From: Mobula birostris
Taxonomy: Eukaryota
Length of the DNA stretch: 64,000 bases
Direction: 5' to 3'
Assembly: GCF_030028105.1 (NCBI RefSeq)
Contig: NC_092383.1
Span: forward strand, 87,625,921 to 87,689,920
This document shows positions 57,586 through 64,000 of this stretch, piece by piece. Below the pieces are notes generated by a model. That model saw nothing but the letters and a program-made list of their open reading frames with translations. It made no database searches and had not been told where the DNA came from. Positions within the stretch are counted from its first letter, which is position 1, and each line of letters opens with the position of its first letter. Position numbers and translations under genes: made by a program.

Positions 57586-59835
57586 ACCTTGTTTTGTTTT
57601 CAATGAATGGGGGTGGAGCTTCACCACGGCAATGCCTCTGTCCCAGTTTTAACCCCTTGTCCCTAATTACTGAGGGGAAATGCTTCACACTCTGTGCATT
57701 TTCTGGACTTACAAATTTCAAATTAGCTTATTTTACATGTTATTTCTTATTTCTTCCGGCCCTTTGAGCCATACCACCCAGCAACCCCTGATTTAACCTT
57801 AGTCTAGTCACAGGACAATGTACAATGACCAATTAACCAATTAACCCACCAACTGGTGTGTCTTTGGAACATGGGAAGAAATCGGAGAACCCAGAGGAAA
57901 CCCACACGCTCACGGGAAGAACATATAAACTCCTTATAGACAATAGCCAGAAATGAATAACAATGATGACAGTTCATAACAGTGGTTATGACTGGCTTCT
58001 GCATAATAGCTAATAATTTAAGATTCAAAATCCAGGATTGCTTAATGTCAATTTCAGTACACAAATGTAAATGAGAACTAAATAATTTTTACTCCAGATC
58101 CAGTGCAGCACAAAAAACACAATAAGATAGGAACTCATTAATAATTAAAAACACTATATATATAATATAATATAACATAGTCTATTAGTCTATATACATA
58201 GACTGATAGGTATAGTCTGTCCATAAAGTGACACTAGGTATGGGAGTCTCTGTACATTAGGTGAATGACAGGAAATGATAAAGTAGTGGTGGTTGGAAGT
58301 GTGAAGGGGTGGGTTAGTAGGTGGAGCAGTTGATCAGCCTTATAGCTTGGGGGAAGTAACTGTTTTTTCAGTCTGGTGGTCCTGGCATGGAGGCTTTGCG
58401 GCCTCCTCCCTGAAGGGAGTGGGACAAATGGTCCGTGAGCAGAGTGGGTGGGATCCTTCATAACGTTACTGGAGCTTTTCCGGCACCTCTCCGTTTCTAT
58501 GTACTTGATGGTGGGTAGGCTGGTGTGATGAACACCAGTCTGCCAAATTACTGATTAATTAGTCTTCTGCATTGTCAATTTGAATTTTCGAAAGCCTTTC
58601 TGCCTTTCATTGTGTAATCTAGACTGTAAAATTTTCAAGACGTCTTCTGATCTTCTTTCACAGTTTAATGGCATTTACCTGCAAGGATTCTCTGGTATGC
58701 AGAAGGATAATAGAAGATTTCCTTGGAATTACATGAAATTTAATGGCATGGCATAGTAAATCTGATTCTGATTCTGATATAATACTACAATAATCTTATG
58801 TCTGGCAGGACATAATTACAGCTGTAGTTGACTGCCTTGGGAAGTCAGAAACCACTTCTTCATTCTTTGGAGCAAAAGGTGGAAGTCACTTTATTGACAC
58901 AGCACTAAGGTTGCTGATGCACCCTGCAAGCAGTTACAGATCTCTGAAACTCAGTGCTAGGAATTAACTTCATCGTTGTGCATAACACCAGTATTTCTTT
59001 GTGTGCCATGCTTGTAGTCAGTTTAATTAAAGCAAGCCACTGCTGCAAAAGTATTCATTCTTCAGTAAAGCAGTTTCTGAATACACAGCACTTAATAAAA
59101 TTGGATCTGTAGTTAAATTACTTAATAGAAACAAATCAGCATACAATTGTTTTTTTTAAATATCACCACTTCTTCAAGCAATCTGTCCAAGCTATTACTG
59201 AGCTGACATATAGTGAACTTCCTCACTATAGTCACTCTGGGTTTTTTTTGGTTTGTGATTTTGGGGATCTAGGGGTTGCTGATAAGGACAGAATTTATTG
59301 TCCATTCCTTATTGTCCTTAATAAAGTGGTGGATAGATATCCACTTGAACCACTGCAGCCTTTTTGGCAAAGGTGTTCCCATAGCTGATCAGGGAGATCA
59401 AGGTACATTTTGAGTTATGATAGCTTGTGACTTCAGCTTATGATTCAGAGGCATGGTCTGGTGACTCACAGCATAAGTAATTGAAGCAGGGATCAGACTT
59501 TCAGACCTCTGTCCCTGATTTAGCCTTTAATAAACTTTGATTTTTGATCAAAGTTTGAACATTGATTTCTCAAACTTCTGGTGATTTCTCCCTCTCCCCC
59601 TTTTCTTTTTCCATTCCTTATTCTGGCTCTCCCCCTTAACACTTCTCATCTTCTGGCCTGCCTATCACCTCACTCTGGTGCCCCTCCTCCTTCCCTTTCT
59701 CCCACAGTCCCCGAGACCTGTTTTGCTGCTACTAGAATGGCTGGAAGAGGGCTCGAATGGCTAGAGTCCACACTAGCTTCCAACTGCACCTGCTACTGCA
59801 AGGCCAACCACCAGCAATAGCCAACCATGCTACTC

Positions 59836-60002
59836 TCCCCACCTTCTTCATAGGGCCTCTGCCCCTTCCCTCTACAGTCCTGACGAAGGGTTCCGGCCCG
59901 AAACGTCAACCGGTCTTTTCCACGGATGCTGCCCGACCTGCTGAGTTCCTCCAGCGTGTTGTGAGTGTTGCTTTGACCCCAGCATCTGCAGATTATTTTG
60001 TG
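59836..60002 (+). mobile_element. Solo Penelope-like terminal repeat
   Basis: Contains ctgacgaagggttccggcccgaaacgtc; flanked by a 17-bp direct repeat with 2 mismatches (59820-59836, 60002-60018). Confidence 0.7.
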
Positions 60003-60034
60003 CCAGCCATACTACTCTAGCCTGGAGACTCTGT

Positions 60035-60305
60035 CTGACAATAGACAATAGACAATAGGTGCAGGAGTAGGCCATTCAGCCCTTCGAGCCAGCACCACCA
60101 TTCACTATGATCATGGCAGATCATCCACAATCAATACCCCTTTCCTGCCATCTCCCCATATCCCTTCACTCCGCTATCTTTAAGAGCTCTATCTAACTCT
60201 TTCTTGAAAGAATCCAGAGAAATGGCCTCTCTGCCTTCTGAGACAGAGCATTCCACAGAACCAGAACCCTCTGTGTGAAAAAGTTTTTCCTCAACTCCGT
60301 TCTAA
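60035..60305 (-). mobile_element. CR1 3' end with (GACAATA)n tail
   Basis: Tail gacaatagacaatagacaatag followed by CR1 3'UTR-like ggccattcagcccttcgagcc. Confidence 0.7.
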
Positions 60306-60306
60306 A

Positions 60307-61046
60307 TTGTCTGGCTTTGCACCTAAGGATCAAACTCTGCGCACCAGCTCCTACAAGCAATGCTCCAGTTCATTGGTTCCTTCAAGGTTACCCATTGCAT
60401 CAATTCAGTCACTCATCCATCTCCAGCTGCCACTACCCTTCAGGATCACACCAACGTTCCATGTTTCCTCATGCCTATTGTTCATGGGCCACTTAACCCA
60501 CCTGAGCCTGCACTGCCAGAACCTAGGACGGTGAAAGGTGGTCCAACGTACACAGCTTGTAGGTTGATGGATAGGGTGTGCAGTACCTGGTCAACTGGGA
60601 GGGATACACCCCGGAGAGACCCTGGATGTGATCTACTTTCATCTTGGATCCATCGTTCATCAAGGAGTTCCACAGGACCCATGTGGATCATCCTGGGCCA
60701 TCGGGTGCTGGCTGTGGGAGGAATAGGGGTCCTGTCAGGCCTGTACAGGCAGGTACCTCCCAACCTCCACTCAGTTAACAGGAGTCACCTGCCACTTGTT
60801 TCCATCTTATCACCTGCAGCCTATTTAAACCCAGCTCTTTTATCACCCACAGAATCAGCTAGCCTCAACCAGTTGCCCCCGGCCTTCAGTTACTTTGTTG
60901 CCAGTGGTGTTTCGTATCTGTTCTCTCTCCTTTATTGACCCCGCGTGGCTTATTATTTTTGCAGTCTGTTATTAAATTTATCGCTCATCACTGAATCATC
61001 TCCGCTGCCCTGATTTTGGGTCAAGCCTCCTCTACATTCCCTGACA
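60307..61046 (+). mobile_element. Gypsy chromovirus remnant: integrase C-terminus, chromodomain, PPT and 3' LTR
   Basis: Frameshifted FIGSFKV..LQLP..PTFHVS and QYLVNWEGY..ILDPSFIKEFH; purine tract at ~60715-60729; LTR 60733-61046 bounded by TGTCAGG..CCTGACA with TATTTAAA and ATTAAA inside. Confidence 0.8.
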
Positions 61047-62035
61047 CTACCAACTGGATCTCGTCTCAAGGTAACTTTTTTATTTTAAGACTACACACCC
61101 CTGCCTTCGGACTCATGAAACAGTCAACATGAACTTTGCACCTTAGTTGTCAATATCCATAAAAAGTTTCAATGCTTTTGATGCGATTATCGTTCACACA
61201 GCCAAAGGCTGCTTAACCTACCCTGTACAACAAATGACTAACCTCTATTGCACCAATTCTTTTCCAAGCTTTACAAAATACTCCAGATCTAAGCAGTGTC
61301 CTATATAATCAGAGCAAGATTTAAAGAATAGCTTTTTTTGTCATATGTACCTCAAAACTTCAAAACGTACAGTGCAATACGTAATTTTGAATCACTGACC
61401 AACACAGTCTGAGGATGTGCTGGGGGTAAGTGTCACCATACTTCTGGCTCCGACATAGTATGCATACAGCTTACTATCTCTAACCCACATGTCTCTGGAC
61501 TGTGGGAGAGAGCCAGGGCACCCAGAGGAAACTCGCGTGGTCATGGGGAGAATGTATCAACTCCTTACAGTCAGTGGCAGGAATTGAATCCTGCTCTTAC
61601 AGCTGAGGTTGTAAAGCATTACGCTAACTACCACACTACCCTGCTGTTCCATCTTATAAGTGAATATTCTAAAAAACTCAAATATAAGATACAGTATCTC
61701 CAGTCTTATACTGAAATGTTCTTCCAGTAAAGCCCAGAATTCTTGTTTGCCATTTAAATTGCTCTCTGCTCCTGTTTATTAACTCTTGGTGGTTTTTGCA
61801 CAGGGATGTGCATCTGAATAAAAATACTGTTTCTGTGTTCAAACTCTTGGATTCTGATATTTTTGATCCAAGTTTGTTTTAGAAGTCAGGAAAGAGGCAC
61901 AAAACTTGCTACTTTATGATCATTTAAGAGTTGATAGAACGGAGGAAAGTTGACACAGTGATAGAGCTTTACTAGTGAAGGGGAAGCTAATATTAAAAAT
62001 GATACTACTTTGTGTTTATCTATTTTATACCATAG

Positions 62036-62356
62036 CGTGGGCACATGGCCAAGTGGTTAAGGCATTGGACTAGCGACCTGAAGGTCGTGAGTTCGAGTCC
62101 CAGCCGAGGCAACGTGTTGTGTCCTTGAGCAAGCCACTTTATCACATGTTGCTCTGCAATGACACTGGTGTCAAGCTGTATGGGTCCTAATGCCCTTCCC
62201 TTGGACAACATTGGTGTTGTGGAGAGGGGAGACTAGCAGCATGGGCAACTGCTGGTCTTCCATACAACTTTGCCCACGCCTGCGCCCTGGAGAGTGAAGA
62301 CTTTCCAGGCGCAGATCCATGGTCTCGCAAGACTAACGGATGCCTTTACTTTACTT
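62036..62356 (+). mobile_element. tRNA-derived SINE (family A), full length
   Basis: A box TGGCCAAGTGG, B box GTTCGAGTC, (TTTAC)n tail; 8-bp TSD TACCATAG at 62028-62035 and 62357-62364. Confidence 0.88.
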
Positions 62357-62394
62357 TACCATAGAGAAGATGTCAAAATGGTTGTTATGACATG

Positions 62395-63000
62395 TCTAGT
62401 GTGGTAGTGTAGTGGGTAGTGTTTGTCGCTCTCACTTCCAGCTTCCATTGTTGGTTAGCAGTCTTGCGAAAAGGACAGCTGAATGTGTAAGTCTCTCCCT
62501 GCCAGTACATAGCCTCTCCAACAGCAAACCTCACGCATTGCCTCCTCACTGGCGACACATGGAAACTGAACTCCTTTTGGATTCAGACTGAACTACAGAG
62601 GACGGGGAGGAGGTCTGGCCCCTGCACACATAGCACGCAGGCCCACTGGCATGTGGACGTGTCCTGGTGCTCATGAACCAGATCCTCAGCTATGGGTAAA
62701 TAACCCCAATACCTTGTGAGCAGCTTCGGAAGAGACAAAGGCTACGGGAGTAAACCCAGACAGCAAATCCGGAGTGGAGCCCCTCATGTGGCTGAACTTC
62801 ATTGAACATCTTTCCAGTCGTCTCTGCAGCCAGGCTGGTTCCTAACATATTGCTTCATAAGTTTTCCTTTGGACTATACTGGTGAGGCTGACAGGGGGGA
62901 TCTTGCTGACTGGGCATCTCAGGATCTCCATACCTTCTGCCCAGGTTTGTGATGATCATCATCGTCACCCATTGTCCTTCGAGACAGATGGATGCCAACC
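62395..63000 (+). mobile_element. RTE 5'UTR-like non-autonomous element (family D)
   Basis: Homologous in reverse to 18030-18625 over ~590 bp. Confidence 0.6.
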
Positions 63001-64000
63001 AACCATAGAAGTAAGGAAAAATTTCATTCAAGTTCAAGTTCAAGTTTAATGGTCATTCAACATACGTAAATACCCATGAATACAGCCAAACAAAACCATA
63101 TTACTCCAGGGCCAAGGTACAAAACACAATACTAACAGTCACACACAGTACAAGGCTCATATAAGATAGAAAGTACATATAAGATATCAGTAAAATGCAG
63201 TCACACAAAAAATATTTAGTCCAGGAGGCTGAGTCCTTGAATATTGTAGGCATCTGCTTTCAAACACATGAGCTCTGCCAAGGGAACACTGGGGAGCAAC
63301 ACTGACTCCAGCTTAGATGCCACACCACACTGCCTCTGAAGGAGTGCATTGACTCTAACGCCTCTCTCCTGGGCTGCTGTAAACCAGTGACACTGCGGCT
63401 TGTGGCCTAGTTCTGACTAGGATCAGACCACACAGCTCTCCTTCCATCTGCCCCTGCTGTTTGCCAATAAATCAGTGAATTAAACTTGCAGCATTCCATA
63501 TCAACAATGTACAGTAGGATCTTGCAAACACAAGAAAAGTGACTAAGATGATCTCATACTGTTAGATTGCAGACTGTCTTTGCACACCGACTCCTCCAGC
63601 ACCTGTCTGACATAGGTAGCAGCATAATCCACAACAAGTCCAGCTTCTTCACTTTCTCCATTAATGAGCAACTCGTTGATGGGGCAGACCTGCAGTATTT
63701 TAAATTCTTAATCTTCAACACAGTCTTATGGTCATGTGATCTTAAAAATATGATTAAATTTGTGGATAAGAGTCAACCAATCAGGAATCACCTGTTCAAT
63801 ATTGCAGTATCAAGTTAATCAATGAGAAAGCAATTACTCAAATAATGCAGAACAGAGGCTTCCAGAGCTTTCCAGAATTATACTTTGTACAGCCACCAGA
63901 GGCATATTAAACTGTTATGTGCATATAAGAACAAAAATAAGTAAATACTTAATTGTTAGACTGCAAAGAAAATAACAATTAAACAGTCTAATCTAAGAAT

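Noticed and set aside
60360-60938. 192-aa ORF as a host gene
   Set aside because: Wanders through frameshifted Gypsy integrase/chromodomain sequence and the LTR.
62036-62110. Functional tRNA genes at SINE heads (also ~7350-7421 and ~10205-10270)
   Set aside because: A and B boxes are followed by SINE body and tail with TSDs; no proper acceptor stem.

Overview
Vertebrate genomic DNA, most likely a cartilaginous fish and probably a ray. This is inferred from HE1-like V-SINEs, abundant CR1, Rex1 and Penelope repeats, and short exons in long introns. Two spliced + strand genes of the CD300/CMRF35/pIgR-like (MDIR-type) Ig-V receptor family were reconstructed by hand from splice sites and phases. 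Gene 1 (2042-26279; leader exon not found in the window) has two tandem V exons, the first with an in-frame TGA. These are followed by a stalk, an uncharged TM and a tail with one ITSM-like and two ITIM-like motifs, so it is inhibitory-type. Gene 2 (41268-55557; 173 aa) has a leader, V, stalk, a TM with an Arg, and almost no tail, so it is activating-type. Together they look like a paired-receptor cluster. The rest is mostly transposon-derived: a near-full-length decayed Hero RLE LINE, a four-level nest (Penelope in CR1 in Dong/R4 in Rex1), many Penelope-like copies with hammerhead-like motifs and fold-back structure, an internally deleted hAT with perfect TSD, a chromodomain Gypsy remnant, and RTE/Rex1/CR1 fragments and SINEs. 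No CRISPR or rRNA. All family assignments are from motif recognition, not database searches.
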